A stretch of DNA of 64,000 nt from an uncultured virus (IMG/VR IMGVR_UViG_2667527431_000001) (Duplodnaviria > Heunggongvirae > Uroviricota > Caudoviricetes). Positions 1-9,990 of this stretch are shown piece after piece. The DNA lies in IMG/VR virus record IMGVR_UViG_2667527431_000001. One strand, 5' to 3'. A model generated the notes under the pieces. The model searched no databases. It worked only from the letters and a program-made list of their open reading frames with translations, and was not told the origin of the DNA. The translations under genes were made by a program, and so were the position numbers. Position 1 is the stretch's first letter; the number at the start of each line of letters is the position of its first letter.

Positions 1-2922
1 TCATGCGCTTACGATGACTTTAAGTTCAGTTCCAGAAATTGCTTTTACATATGAATAGCTTGTTCCCAAAACCGCTAGCATTTCATCAGATATTTTTGCT
101 TTCGAGATAGCAGGCTGCACTATATAAAAACCCAATCTCAGCTCCAAATCCCTGCATTTATTTTTCAAGATATCAAGTTGCACTGCATCGCCCTTCAGCA
201 GCCGATTGAAACCACTTTCCAACGAATTACTGTACCTAAACAATAACTGGCCAAATAACTCCCCCCCATTATGAAGCCATTTTGCAGAGCGACTTGCCTG
301 CCCAGAGATCACATATGTATCTTCAACCCGAGCACCAGGCACATCCCCTTTCCTGCAATACTTGCAGTGATAGAAATCCACTTGTATATGATCGGCATTT
401 TCACGAATCGCTACTAAATCCGCAACCTCACCTGCCCCATCATCATTAAAAACAATGTCGTAGCCATCTTTTATCTTAGTAAAGGTAAACCCTTGTACGG
501 TATCAAGCTCTCCAAGCTTGCCCATAGACTCCTTATTTATCCGTACGCCTTTCCAGTCCCAACTACTTAGTAGCTTAGCGGGTAGCAATACATTGAGCGT
601 TTTCGGACAGTAATTTCTATAGTTCCCTAAAATTACAGAACCATCGGTCTTTAACAGTTTCAGCGGGTTGCTTTCTAGGTAGTCAGAAAACCTCATCCCA
701 CCCTTGAATATTATTTCAACATTATTACAAACAACCTGATACCCATCCTGCACAAGCACTAGCTGTATGGAGAACACCTCAACATCTTCTTTCAATACAG
801 GAATGGACAACTCTTTCTCGCCAACATATACAGGCGTACCACAAGAGAGATCCATGAGACTATACTTAACCCCTTCCACGACAACATAAGTACGACGTTC
901 ATTTTCTATATATATCGTCTCAGGCCAATCCGCAAAAAAAAGCCCCTTAGGCCACTTCCCGACAATTGGCTCCGTGCGAACCACATATTCAAGAATATCT
1001 TTAGTATTTATCTTATCATCATTGATTTTTTTTGATACGGCATCACACCAGCTTGTCCAACCATCAATGGAGTCAGAATCCATTTTCCAAATTTTACCTT
1101 TCGCAGAACATCCAGCAGTATTTTTATCACCGTTCTCAAATCCAATACCAAAAATATTAGATTTAATTGCCGTACCGTCTTCCAAATCACCTAGCACAGC
1201 AGTAACATCCCGTCCTACGTGCATTGTAAACCTTAGATCACGCGTACCACGGGTAAGTCCAATATTTTGGAACTTCAAGAGCTCCATATTATGCAAGACT
1301 CTAAACGTCTTATCACCAGTAACTTTTACAGCCTTACGGGAAATTCTATTTTTAAATTTTAACGCTTGCCTTTCATCCCCAGAGCAGTTAATAAACAGCG
1401 TACCTGTTTCCCTTTTATAGTATGCAAGATACAAATACCAATTAACTGAAGATATTTCTTCTGTATTAGCCCACGCCACAGAACACTCTTCGCGCGTAAC
1501 CGCCATCACCAGATCTTGTTTTTCGCTGACCGTATAGAGTCTAACCTCTTCACCAGCAGAGTTCATTTCCTTTGCGCCAAAGGGTAGCCAGTCAACGGGC
1601 AAAACTGAATATGCAATTGCACTAATATTAGGCGCAGGATTTAAGGCAAGTATTTGATTTCCATCTTCAACATCATCGAACTGAGCATTGAAGGCCTCAC
1701 GCTGCAACTCTCGAGATATTTTTTTCTCACTTACATCTTTAATTACAGAGCTCCAATCCGCGCTTTCAGAATACAAGGCTGACATTTGACCATCTACATT
1801 TTGATTGGCAATATTAGCGACAAACTTAGCAGCCCCCAACTTTGCATCCACTCGCGTTAAGCGACCAATAAATTGCAGCGTAATGGCTGGACTACAATGT
1901 TGATCATGCAAAGCGGCTATCTTTAACTCTGGAAGATCAAACCCTTCTCCGAGCATATTTACGCAAACGATGATGCGGTGCTTTTTGCTTTTGATATCAT
2001 TTATCAATCCATCAGCAACACCACTTTTACTATGTACAAGAACAGGACATAAATCATCATGCGCTTTGTAAATACTAAATATCTGCTTGGCCTTTGTGAT
2101 TGTTTTGGCGCGAGCCATCAAAATGTGATCTTTCCCCTCAGCAAGATCCTTTCGAAGCAACTCAATTGCCTTGTCGGCAATTGCTTGATCGGCAAGACTA
2201 GATTGATACTCTCTTACAGGGTGAAACTCTATATCTTGGAAATATCCATCACTCTGAGCATCTTTAAGTGGGTAATTGTAAATTATATCTCCTTCAAGAG
2301 CAGCTTTATCCTCTCGAAAAGGAGTAGCCGTAAATTGCAGACATGGCTTACCATCAAAAGCACGTTTAATCTTAGACCAGGTTCTCGCTGCTACGTGATG
2401 AGCCTCATCGACAACTAGATTACTAAAAGCAGCCACTAACTTGGCTAACGTTGCGTCATCGCATAAATCCAGAGCGTTTGGAGTAGAGATAACAATATTA
2501 CTAGCAATGATTTTTTCAAAATCACCATCATTCAGTAAGCCACTCATTAAATGAATTACAGGAGCTAGTACAGCATCCCCGATAGCCCCCATTTTGCGAA
2601 GGTTTTTCAACTCAAGAAATTTATCCGCTGTCTGGCGCCGAAGTGCATCAGATGGTACGACAACTAGTGTTCTTTCGAAGCAACCAGCTAAAACTATTGC
2701 AATAATAGTATCTGTTTTTCCAGTGCCTGTAGGCATCACTACCGTGGCCGGCTTTGCCGGAGAAGATATCAGGTGCGCAAGCGACGTAAATACTGCAGCC
2801 ATTTGAGGCTTTCGAAAGCCGAAATTATTATTAATCGCGCTTGGAGCAATTACTTTTAATGGATTATCTACCCAGCTTTTATAAACTAGGTTATCAGCAT
2901 ACATATCTAGGTTGAGCGTCAT
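1..2922 (-). CDS. SF2 DEAH-box (ResIII-like) helicase fused to a C-terminal putative PD-(D/E)xK nuclease; candidate anti-phage cargo
   Basis: MPTGTGKT, DEAH, TAT, EGFDLP, QFIGRLTR motifs; C-terminal DDGAGEVADLV...FYHCK; AT-rich, downstream of lysis genes. Confidence 0.8.
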   Translation of the reverse strand: MTLNLDMYADNLVYKSWVDNPLKVIAPSAINNNFGFRKPQMAAVFTSLAHLISSPAKPATVVMPTGTGKTDTIIAIVLAGCFERTLVVVPSDALRRQTADKFLELKNLRKMGAIGDAVLAPVIHLMSGLLNDGDFEKIIASNIVISTPNALDLCDDATLAKLVAAFSNLVVDEAHHVAARTWSKIKRAFDGKPCLQFTATPFREDKAALEGDIIYNYPLKDAQSDGYFQDIEFHPVREYQSSLADQAIADKAIELLRKDLAEGKDHILMARAKTITKAKQIFSIYKAHDDLCPVLVHSKSGVADGLINDIKSKKHRIIVCVNMLGEGFDLPELKIAALHDQHCSPAITLQFIGRLTRVDAKLGAAKFVANIANQNVDGQMSALYSESADWSSVIKDVSEKKISRELQREAFNAQFDDVEDGNQILALNPAPNISAIAYSVLPVDWLPFGAKEMNSAGEEVRLYTVSEKQDLVMAVTREECSVAWANTEEISSVNWYLYLAYYKRETGTLFINCSGDERQALKFKNRISRKAVKVTGDKTFRVLHNMELLKFQNIGLTRGTRDLRFTMHVGRDVTAVLGDLEDGTAIKSNIFGIGFENGDKNTAGCSAKGKIWKMDSDSIDGWTSWCDAVSKKINDDKINTKDILEYVVRTEPIVGKWPKGLFFADWPETIYIENERRTYVVVEGVKYSLMDLSCGTPVYVGEKELSIPVLKEDVEVFSIQLVLVQDGYQVVCNNVEIIFKGGMRFSDYLESNPLKLLKTDGSVILGNYRNYCPKTLNVLLPAKLLSSWDWKGVRINKESMGKLGELDTVQGFTFTKIKDGYDIVFNDDGAGEVADLVAIRENADHIQVDFYHCKYCRKGDVPGARVEDTYVISGQASRSAKWLHNGGELFGQLLFRYSNSLESGFNRLLKGDAVQLDILKNKCRDLELRLGFYIVQPAISKAKISDEMLAVLGTSYSYVKAISGTELKVIVSA

Positions 2923-3105
2923 AGAATCCTTTCATACTTCCAGTTGAGGGAAAGTTTTCCCCTCTCTCTGATGGCTAAATACCATCACGCCCAGTAACAG
3001 TCAATTGGCCAAAATACTCAGTCTGCAGACAAAGCAGGCTTGATAAATTGATCTTTGGGTCAGGATGCAAGTCGGAATGTTGACGTATTACTACAGCTGC
3101 GCCTT

Positions 3106-3633
3106 TTATTTCATGCCTGAGACTTTTTTTGCGTAGGTCTGACAGGCTTGCAGCGCGATCAGTCCCTGATCGCCGTCGCCGGTGATTCCGATAATTCGTT
3201 GAGCATGCGCGGGGTCAAGTTGGACTCTATGGGCACCATGAACCACGCCGCCGGGGCTGGTGGTGGTTTGCACTGCGTCACAACCAGTTGCGGCGGTGGC
3301 GTCGAGTTGGACTGACAGCCGCAGGTCAGCACTAGCAAGGCGATCACGCAGACGTGCTTGTTTGGTTTTTTCATCGGTCAGGGCTCGGTAATGGGATTGG
3401 TCACTGGCTGCCAGCCACTGCTCCAGGGCGAGGCGCTTGCCCTGCTCTGCCAGAATTTGCGCGGAGTTGGCGTTGGCCAGATTGGTGCGCTCGGTTTGTT
3501 GGGCAGCTTCCTTGGTGGCCAACTGCTGACCATAGGCGTTGGCCTGCCACTCCCATGCGGCCCACGCGCTGCCCGCCATCAGGGCCAGGATGATCAGCAG
3601 CACCCCACCCCACTTCACCGCATCGATCTTCAC
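3106..3633 (-). CDS. Rz-like i-spanin
   Basis: GTG start overlapping the endolysin stop, N-terminal TM, coiled coil, ALQACQ C-terminus. Confidence 0.88.
   Translation of the reverse strand: MKIDAVKWGGVLLIILALMAGSAWAAWEWQANAYGQQLATKEAAQQTERTNLANANSAQILAEQGKRLALEQWLAASDQSHYRALTDEKTKQARLRDRLASADLRLSVQLDATAATGCDAVQTTTSPGGVVHGAHRVQLDPAHAQRIIGITGDGDQGLIALQACQTYAKKVSGMK
3159..3374 (-). CDS. Rz1-like o-spanin lipoprotein nested in Rz
   Basis: Lipobox LLVLTCGC followed by a Pro-rich chain, embedded in an alternate frame of Rz. Confidence 0.82.
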   Translation of the reverse strand: MKKPNKHVCVIALLVLTCGCQSNSTPPPQLVVTQCKPPPAPAAWFMVPIESNLTPRMLNELSESPATAIRD

Positions 3634-4163
3634 GCCAACACCTTGAGCGCACGGGCGTACAGCGCCTGCCGATCCGCCGCGCCATTCTGGCCACCGTTGA
3701 TGCGCTGGGTGATCTTGTCGAACTGGCCCGCGTCGGCCAGTGTGCTCAGGCCCTTGGTCGCCCAGAACCATGCCGCTGACATGCAGGCGTGCTGTGGTTT
3801 TTCCAGCAACTCGGGCTGCGTGATCAGGTCAAGGCCCAGCGCTTCGCCGCACGCCATGTAGTTGGCCCGGCCGGTGATCTGGATCAGGCCACGGCCACGG
3901 TACTTGGAGCCGTCACCGGCCACGGTGTTGCCCAGGTCTTTGCGGCCTTCGTATTTGGTTTGAGCGGCCGTTGGGCCCCAGATTTCCTTGACGTATTTGA
4001 GCTGGCCAGACTCATGGCCAATCTGCGCGATAAACGCGGCTACGCGCTTGGGGCCAATGATCTGGTAATGCCCCATCGCGGCGTTGAGTACCGGAACAAA
4101 AACGCCGGCAACTGGGCCAGCGTTGGGGAGAATCTGCAGGAGTTGTTGCTGGGTAATCGACAT
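3630..4163 (-). CDS. GH19 (chitinase-like) endolysin
   Basis: AQIGHESG, YRGRGLIQITG, RINGG motifs. Confidence 0.95.
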   Translation of the reverse strand: MSITQQQLLQILPNAGPVAGVFVPVLNAAMGHYQIIGPKRVAAFIAQIGHESGQLKYVKEIWGPTAAQTKYEGRKDLGNTVAGDGSKYRGRGLIQITGRANYMACGEALGLDLITQPELLEKPQHACMSAAWFWATKGLSTLADAGQFDKITQRINGGQNGAADRQALYARALKVLA

Positions 4164-4177
4164 AAGTTGCCCTTACG

Positions 4178-4200
4178 AAAAAGCCCGCGCAAGGCGGGCT
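4178..4200 (-). terminator. Rho-independent terminator in late operon
   Basis: AGCCCGC/GCGGGCT stem followed by a U-run on the minus strand. Confidence 0.65.
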
Positions 4201-4219
4201 GGGAGTGGGGGTTTTCGGG

Positions 4220-5257
4220 TTAGAGTTGAACGATTTTCAGGGTCTTCTGAGGCTTCTTGCCTTTGACCTTGGCCTTGCCCTTCTTGCCGGCATTGCACTC
4301 GATCGTCGTCGACCAGCCGGATTGGGTGAAAACTTGTTCCTGGGAGTCCACCAGATACTCGCCATCGAGCCCGTCCTTGAACCCCTGCGCGTTGATCATC
4401 CGCTCTGCGAACAGATCAGAACGCCCGGGCATTTCCAGCCGCACACCGGCCGTGGAACGATTGAACGCGGCCAAGCGCGCCTTGGCGGCCTGCTCTGCGG
4501 CCGTCTTGTTCGGGTGGATATGCCGATCGGTATGCACCGGCGGAAGGCCGTCCGGAGCGTCGTCGTTGTTCAGATTCACCACCGCCAGTTTGCCGGTGGC
4601 TTTGTCCTGGTACTTGGTGCTCACAGCCTTGTGGGTCGAGCGATCGCCCAGCCGAAAGCTGTAGCGGCTGACGTCCGTTTTGTTGATGGTCACGACGCCC
4701 AGCGTCTTGCCGCTGGCCGTGACACCGCCCTGACGCGGCATAACGATCAACTTGCCGTCAGCGATCTTGGCCGTGCAGTCATGCAGCCGGGCCAAGCGGG
4801 TAATAAAGTTAAAGTCCGACTCACCCAACTGGTCAGCCCGGGGCACGATAGTGGCCACCGTACAGGCCGGCTCCCAGCCGTTACGCCGCGCCACGGCACT
4901 GACGATGGTGGCCAAGCTATCGCCCTCCCAACTGCCGCTGCGCGTGGTCTTGCCGCTGCCGCGCATATCACTGGCTTTGCCGCGTATCACCAAGGTATCC
5001 GGCGGGCCTGACACCTCGACCTCATCGACAACGTAGCGACCCTCCCGGGACAAGGTCGACCCGGCATAGCCCAGATAGATTTCGATACTGGCACCCCGCG
5101 ACGGCAACGTCACAGCGCTGTCACGGTCATCAATGCGCAACTCAAACTCGTCCGACTCCATCCCCGGCTTGTCCGAGGTACGCAACAGCAACAGCCGGTC
5201 GTTGATCATGCGGGTGATATCGCTTCCATCGGCGACGATGCGGAAAACGGGCGTCAT
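4220..5257 (-). CDS. P2 gpD-like late control/baseplate hub protein
   Basis: MTPVFRIVADG start, QLGESDFNFITRLA motif, position after tail X. Confidence 0.9.
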   Translation of the reverse strand: MTPVFRIVADGSDITRMINDRLLLLRTSDKPGMESDEFELRIDDRDSAVTLPSRGASIEIYLGYAGSTLSREGRYVVDEVEVSGPPDTLVIRGKASDMRGSGKTTRSGSWEGDSLATIVSAVARRNGWEPACTVATIVPRADQLGESDFNFITRLARLHDCTAKIADGKLIVMPRQGGVTASGKTLGVVTINKTDVSRYSFRLGDRSTHKAVSTKYQDKATGKLAVVNLNNDDAPDGLPPVHTDRHIHPNKTAAEQAAKARLAAFNRSTAGVRLEMPGRSDLFAERMINAQGFKDGLDGEYLVDSQEQVFTQSGWSTTIECNAGKKGKAKVKGKKPQKTLKIVQL

Positions 5258-5270
5258 ATCCAGCTCCAAC

Positions 5271-5296
5271 AAAAAGCCCCGCACAAAGGCGGGGCT
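5271..5296 (-). terminator. Rho-independent terminator
   Basis: AGCCCCGC/GCGGGGCT stem with U-run on the minus strand; conserved at about 52612-52637. Confidence 0.65.
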
Positions 5297-5325
5297 CAGG
5301 TTTTAAGGTGCGTTACGCGTAACGA

Positions 5326-5535
5326 TCAGCTCCAGAGCTGGACGGCCTGCTCATCGCTGGCCAGCGCCAAGTCCGGCAACACGATCAGCACACCACCACG
5401 ATACGGCTCCGGCTCGGCGGCCAGCCCGGGGTTGGCTTCCAGCACCGCCTCCACGCTGCCGTTGAGGTGCCCATAGGCGTTGTGGCAAATGGTGTAGAGT
5501 TTGTCGCCGTCAAGCGTTCTGCAGGTCTTCGCCAT
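5326..5535 (-). CDS. P2 gpX-like tail protein
   Basis: 69 aa, GDKLYTIC...VLEANPGLA LysM-like motif. Confidence 0.9.
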   Translation of the reverse strand: MAKTCRTLDGDKLYTICHNAYGHLNGSVEAVLEANPGLAAEPEPYRGGVLIVLPDLALASDEQAVQLWS

Positions 5536-6355
5536 AACGGACGAACTCCAAACTAAAGCCCTGCTTGCGGGGAATTCCGCCCTGCAGGAACGCGCTTTGG
5601 TCCTCAGTGATCGAGGTCAGGCACCAATCCCCCAGGACGTAGCCATAGCCCGTGGTCAGGCCCAAAGGCACCAACAACCCACCAATACTGCGCAGGGTGT
5701 CCAGTTGCTTGAGGCCACCCCGGTGCCCGGGAAAGATCGAACCCTTGAGGGTGATTTTGTCGTCACCCATGCCCACCGCCTGCTGTGCCGGCCGCCGCAT
5801 CAGGCGCTCTTGCGAGGCCCAGCGAAAGCCGCTCTGGCGGTTCAGTTCTTCAAAGGCCGCCGTGTCCAGGTTGAAGTAGTACGTTGGCGCTTCGTGCTTG
5901 TGCGGCTGCAGGATCAGCAAGTGAGGGAACGGCTTCACCGCTTCCACCGCCGGCGTGGTGTCCGTCGCAAAAATGCTGGTCGGCAGGATGTTGCCCAGTG
6001 CGGGATTGATCTTGCCGGCAATCTGGTTGATCGCGTTTTTTGCCCGGGTTGCCTGCTCTCCCAGTACCTCCAGCCGCTGCTCGATCTGCGAGGCGGCGCG
6101 GGTGGCTTGGTTGTAGACCGCGACCACCGACCCCACTTTGGCCTGCGCCGCGCTGATACTGCGCATGACCCGCTGCAGCTTTTCTCCGACCATCGGCCCA
6201 ATGACCGGCAGGGTCTCCAGCTCAGAGGCCGCGCCGGTCATTTCACTGATTGCGCCGTTTACCGGCCCCATCATGCCGTCAAGGTTGCGCCGTCCTGCCT
6301 CCCCGGCCGTGGCCAAGTAACTGACCGTGCTTTGCATCTGCTCCATATAAGCCAT
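5510..6355 (-). CDS. P2 gpU-like tail protein
   Basis: RWASQERL...QAVG...ITLKG, follows tape measure gene. Confidence 0.85.
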   Translation of the reverse strand: MAYMEQMQSTVSYLATAGEAGRRNLDGMMGPVNGAISEMTGAASELETLPVIGPMVGEKLQRVMRSISAAQAKVGSVVAVYNQATRAASQIEQRLEVLGEQATRAKNAINQIAGKINPALGNILPTSIFATDTTPAVEAVKPFPHLLILQPHKHEAPTYYFNLDTAAFEELNRQSGFRWASQERLMRRPAQQAVGMGDDKITLKGSIFPGHRGGLKQLDTLRSIGGLLVPLGLTTGYGYVLGDWCLTSITEDQSAFLQGGIPRKQGFSLEFVRYGEDLQNA

Positions 6356-6364
6356 ATCACCTCC

Positions 6365-9001
6365 TTACCCGGTATGTGGGGCGTCGTATAACTTGCGGTC
6401 ATTGGCCCGGCGGGCGTTGTCTTCCATCTGCCGGGCGAAGTCATTCAAATGGCCCTGCATCATGGGTTGCAGCTTGCGCATCAGCTCGTCGGGGTCTTTC
6501 ACATCACCCTGAACCGTAATCGGCATATGCGGGGCAAAAGTGAACTTCTGATCGATCGGCGCCGGCTTGGATTCAGACTTGAGCACCAAAGGCGACGGGG
6601 CTTGTGACCGACCGGACTGCGCGCTCATCGAGCGCACCACATCACCCGGCTCTGCATCGCTGCCAAACAGCGACTTGGCAAACGACGTTTTACCGAACAT
6701 ACCGCCCACGGTGTCGCCACCCATACCCCCCAGGAACGCGCCGACCAGCCCGCCCATCGCCGTGCCAATGATCGGAACCACGGAGCCGATCGCCGCACCG
6801 GCAGCAGCACCGGCCATAGTGCCCGCCAGTCCGCCTGCAGCTCCACCGTAACCCTCGGCCTTCTCTTCGGCCGTTTTTGCCGTGGTGTAGGTATCAAATG
6901 CCTTGATGCCCGCCTCAAATAGCGAGCCGGCAGGGATGGCTTTCCCCGCCTTGCTGATAGTGCCCACGGCGTTCATCAATCGAGCGCCCAAACGCGGCGG
7001 TACGGGTGGCGGTGCCGGCGGGCGTGGCGGCCCTCGGCGCCGCGATCGACGCCCACCGCGACCTCCACCACCCGGGCCACCGCCGCCGATTTCCCGGGCG
7101 TTGACCACAAAGACCTTCTGCGTATGGTCAGGCCCGGCCTCATCGTCTCCGCCCTTCGCCTCCCGGATCACATCGAGCAGCTTCAGCCCAGTTTCGACCG
7201 GGTCCAGCTTGGTATCAGCAGCGCCCTCACCCTCGGCCGCCTCATCCTTGCGGCCCATCAGCGCATTGAGGCCTGCCGAGACCAGCGACTTGACCGCGTC
7301 CCCCTTGCCGTCCCCGTCATCATCACCACCGCCCAGTGCGTCCTTGGTGTTGGTGACAAAGACCGACTGCACGCCGGCACGACCTGCACCGCCACCACCG
7401 CCCAATCCGCCCCGGGCCAGATTGACCAGCCCCCGGCCAATCTTGAGCGCGCCCAGCAGACTGGTCACGACGCTGGCACCGGTGGCCAGAGCCGTCAGCC
7501 CCATCACCAGCTTGGGCGACTCGTCCGACAGCTTGGTGATGCCCTTGACCACCGTGGTCAGCCCAGTGGCGACCGCATCCGTAACGGGCCGAATGGCATC
7601 GCCCACGCTGCGCATGGCATCGTTGCCCGCCTGAATCGTCTCGGCCCATTTTTGCGATGAGGTATCGCGCCGTTCCGACAGGTTTTTGTCGAGGATGCCC
7701 GAGGCGCCTGCCGCCTCATTTTTAAGCTGCTCGTACAGCGCCTTGTTCTGCACATAGGCAGTCAGCGCCGACTTGACCTGCATGTCCGCAAAGATATCGC
7801 CGGTGCGCAGGGCCTGCTCCAGACTGCTGAGCATGGCCTTGGCTTTTTCCGGGTTCGCCTCTTTACTGATCTGGGCCGTGGCCTCGGCCATCTTGGCCGC
7901 TTTCTTCGGGTCGGTGGCCTCGATGTACCGCTTGGCCAACCCAAAACTGGCCTCCAGCGTGGACATGCCTCCCTGAATGCCGGTGTTTAGCGAGCCCTGA
8001 TAATCAATACCGGCCTTCTTGTAGGCATCCACTACTTCGCCGGAACCGATTTTCTCCATCCAGTTTTTCAGGTTGTTGGCCGCCTCGTCGGAGGTGCCGG
8101 CGGTTTTCATCTGCACTTGAAGCATCGCACCCAGTTGCGTCACGGCGTCCATGCCAGTGATGCCCTGTTTCTGCATACTTGCGAGCAGTTGCGGGAACCA
8201 ACGCGCCATGTCGCTGGCTTCAAAGCTGCCCGCCTGCCCTTGGAATGCCACCGCCTCCAGCGCCTTTTCCAGCACCTTGGGGTCGGTGATATTGGCGTTA
8301 CTCTGCAGTGCTTGGATCATCTTGGCGGTATCGACACCAGACGAGCCCTGCCCGACGACGAACTTGGCCGCCACCGGCGCAAACTCCATCGCCTGCTTAA
8401 GGTCCATCCCCGCGCCGACCAACTGGTTAACCACATCAGCCACTTCGTTGCGGCCCATGCCGATATCGTTCGACGTCGCGATGATGCTGCGCGACATGTC
8501 GGCCTCTTGCGCCGAACGGGCCACCCCGGCCTTGATCGCAATGTCCCGGATAATCGCCTGATAATCGGCGCTGACCTTGGCGGTTACGGCCACCATACCG
8601 GTGGCCACGACCCCCTGCGCTACTCCTGCGCGCACCTGCTGCTTGCCCTGATCGATCTGGCCAAAGCCTTTGGCCTTCAGCTCAGCGCTACGGCCGGCGC
8701 GGCCAAGGCGCTCGTACTCCCGAGACAACCGGCCGACTTCCACGCCTTCCTTGCGCAGCACCCCCAGGTTCCGCTCCAGTCGGTTCTTGAGTGCTTGCGC
8801 GCCCTTCTCGCCTTCAGCGTGGGCCTTTTTCCACTCATCGCGCAGGCGCATGGTTTCGCCGATCGTGCTCTGCAGAACCCGGGCTTTCTTGCCTTGCTCA
8901 CTGAGCTTTTTGACGCGGCTTTCAACGTCTTTAAAAGCAGCGCCCACGGTCGAGCTTACGGCCCCGCCGATCACCAGACCGAGCTGCATTTTATTTGCCA
9001 T
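6365..9001 (-). CDS. Tail tape measure protein
   Basis: 878 aa Ala/Gly-rich helical protein, EAANNLKN motif, position. Confidence 0.92.
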   Translation of the reverse strand: MANKMQLGLVIGGAVSSTVGAAFKDVESRVKKLSEQGKKARVLQSTIGETMRLRDEWKKAHAEGEKGAQALKNRLERNLGVLRKEGVEVGRLSREYERLGRAGRSAELKAKGFGQIDQGKQQVRAGVAQGVVATGMVAVTAKVSADYQAIIRDIAIKAGVARSAQEADMSRSIIATSNDIGMGRNEVADVVNQLVGAGMDLKQAMEFAPVAAKFVVGQGSSGVDTAKMIQALQSNANITDPKVLEKALEAVAFQGQAGSFEASDMARWFPQLLASMQKQGITGMDAVTQLGAMLQVQMKTAGTSDEAANNLKNWMEKIGSGEVVDAYKKAGIDYQGSLNTGIQGGMSTLEASFGLAKRYIEATDPKKAAKMAEATAQISKEANPEKAKAMLSSLEQALRTGDIFADMQVKSALTAYVQNKALYEQLKNEAAGASGILDKNLSERRDTSSQKWAETIQAGNDAMRSVGDAIRPVTDAVATGLTTVVKGITKLSDESPKLVMGLTALATGASVVTSLLGALKIGRGLVNLARGGLGGGGGAGRAGVQSVFVTNTKDALGGGDDDGDGKGDAVKSLVSAGLNALMGRKDEAAEGEGAADTKLDPVETGLKLLDVIREAKGGDDEAGPDHTQKVFVVNAREIGGGGPGGGGRGGRRSRRRGPPRPPAPPPVPPRLGARLMNAVGTISKAGKAIPAGSLFEAGIKAFDTYTTAKTAEEKAEGYGGAAGGLAGTMAGAAAGAAIGSVVPIIGTAMGGLVGAFLGGMGGDTVGGMFGKTSFAKSLFGSDAEPGDVVRSMSAQSGRSQAPSPLVLKSESKPAPIDQKFTFAPHMPITVQGDVKDPDELMRKLQPMMQGHLNDFARQMEDNARRANDRKLYDAPHTG

Positions 9002-9036
9002 AGGAATGCCCTGTTACGCGTAACGGAAGGGGTGGC

Positions 9037-9162
9037 TCAATCCGTGAGCCACCACAGCATGCGGTTAAACGGCATGGTCTCGATCTCACTGGCCGAGAAA
9101 TGAAACTCCCGGGCCAGATGCTTGGCCGCCGCTTTAATCGTTGTAGGGGTAAGGTTCATCAT
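9037..9162 (-). CDS. gpE'-like chaperone extension (41 aa) in the +1 frame of the upstream chaperone
   Basis: Manual translation MMNLTPTTIKAAAKHLAREFHFSASEIETMPFNRMLWWLTD; conserved at 56375-56500. Confidence 0.75.
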   Translation of the reverse strand: MMNLTPTTIKAAAKHLAREFHFSASEIETMPFNRMLWWLTD

Positions 9163-9469
9163 CTTCGACCAAGCGAAAATAGCCGGCCTGCAAGCGGTTG
9201 TAGTCCACCACCGTCATGCCGGCGATATCCTTGTCCCCGGCCTGAGTCAGGGAGGCAAACAGGATCAGCTCGCGTTTCTCGGCGTCACCGCCGGACTGGA
9301 CAGTGGCTTGCTGCACGTCCTTGACGGTTGGGGCTCGCAGGCTTACTCGGTTGACCTTGATCTGGTTGATTTCGACTGCATTGCGCAAGGTGATGGTGGC
9401 ACCTTCCTCGGTCAGTTCCAGCCAGCTCGGCAGCTTCTTGGTAGCGGTTTCAGTAGTGCTCATGTTCAT
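9134..9469 (-). CDS. Tail assembly chaperone (gpE/Mu gp41-like)
   Basis: LRAPTVKD...DYNRLQAGYF, between tube and tape measure genes. Confidence 0.88.
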   Translation of the reverse strand: MNMSTTETATKKLPSWLELTEEGATITLRNAVEINQIKVNRVSLRAPTVKDVQQATVQSGGDAEKRELILFASLTQAGDKDIAGMTVVDYNRLQAGYFRLVEDDEPYPYND

Positions 9470-9475
9470 AGTTCC

Positions 9476-9979
9476 TTAGAGGCCCAGGACGTTGCGAACG
9501 TCCGCCAGTTGGTCCACGCCATCAATGACGCGTACAGCGTTGATCGGGTCGATTTCAAACATGACGCGTCCGTCGATTTCGAGCTTGTAGTAGGTGACGT
9601 CCACGGCGTACTTGAACTCGGCTTTGGAGCCGGCCGACCATTCGCCCGGGTCGACTTCGCGCAGGCCGCCACGCAAGGTGGCCACCACGCCGGTGATTGC
9701 GCCTTTCTGACCCTTGAAGGCACCGCGAAACGACGCATCAAAACCGGTCTGGTCAAAGGCGCCGAAGTACTTCAGAACCTCACGGCGCACACCGTTGGTG
9801 GCAAAGCTGGCCTCCAGCTTTTCCAACCCCATGTCCATCGCCACCGGGGCATCCATGCCGCCGCCGCGATATTCCTCGGTTTTCACCGTGACCTTGGGCA
9901 GGCTCAGGCTTGGCACGTCGCCCTGCAGGCTTTGGCCGGCGATAAACATGTTGGTGTTAAACAGGGTTTGCGGAATCAT
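9476..9979 (-). CDS. Major tail tube protein (P2 FII-like)
   Basis: EEYRGGGMD, DGVDQLA motifs. Confidence 0.93.
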   Translation of the reverse strand: MIPQTLFNTNMFIAGQSLQGDVPSLSLPKVTVKTEEYRGGGMDAPVAMDMGLEKLEASFATNGVRREVLKYFGAFDQTGFDASFRGAFKGQKGAITGVVATLRGGLREVDPGEWSAGSKAEFKYAVDVTYYKLEIDGRVMFEIDPINAVRVIDGVDQLADVRNVLGL

Positions 9980-9990
9980 TGAACGCCTCC

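Noticed and set aside
6990..7090. Gly/Arg/Pro low-complexity tract in the tape measure protein
   Set aside because: Present in both copies and in frame; a linker rather than a separate element
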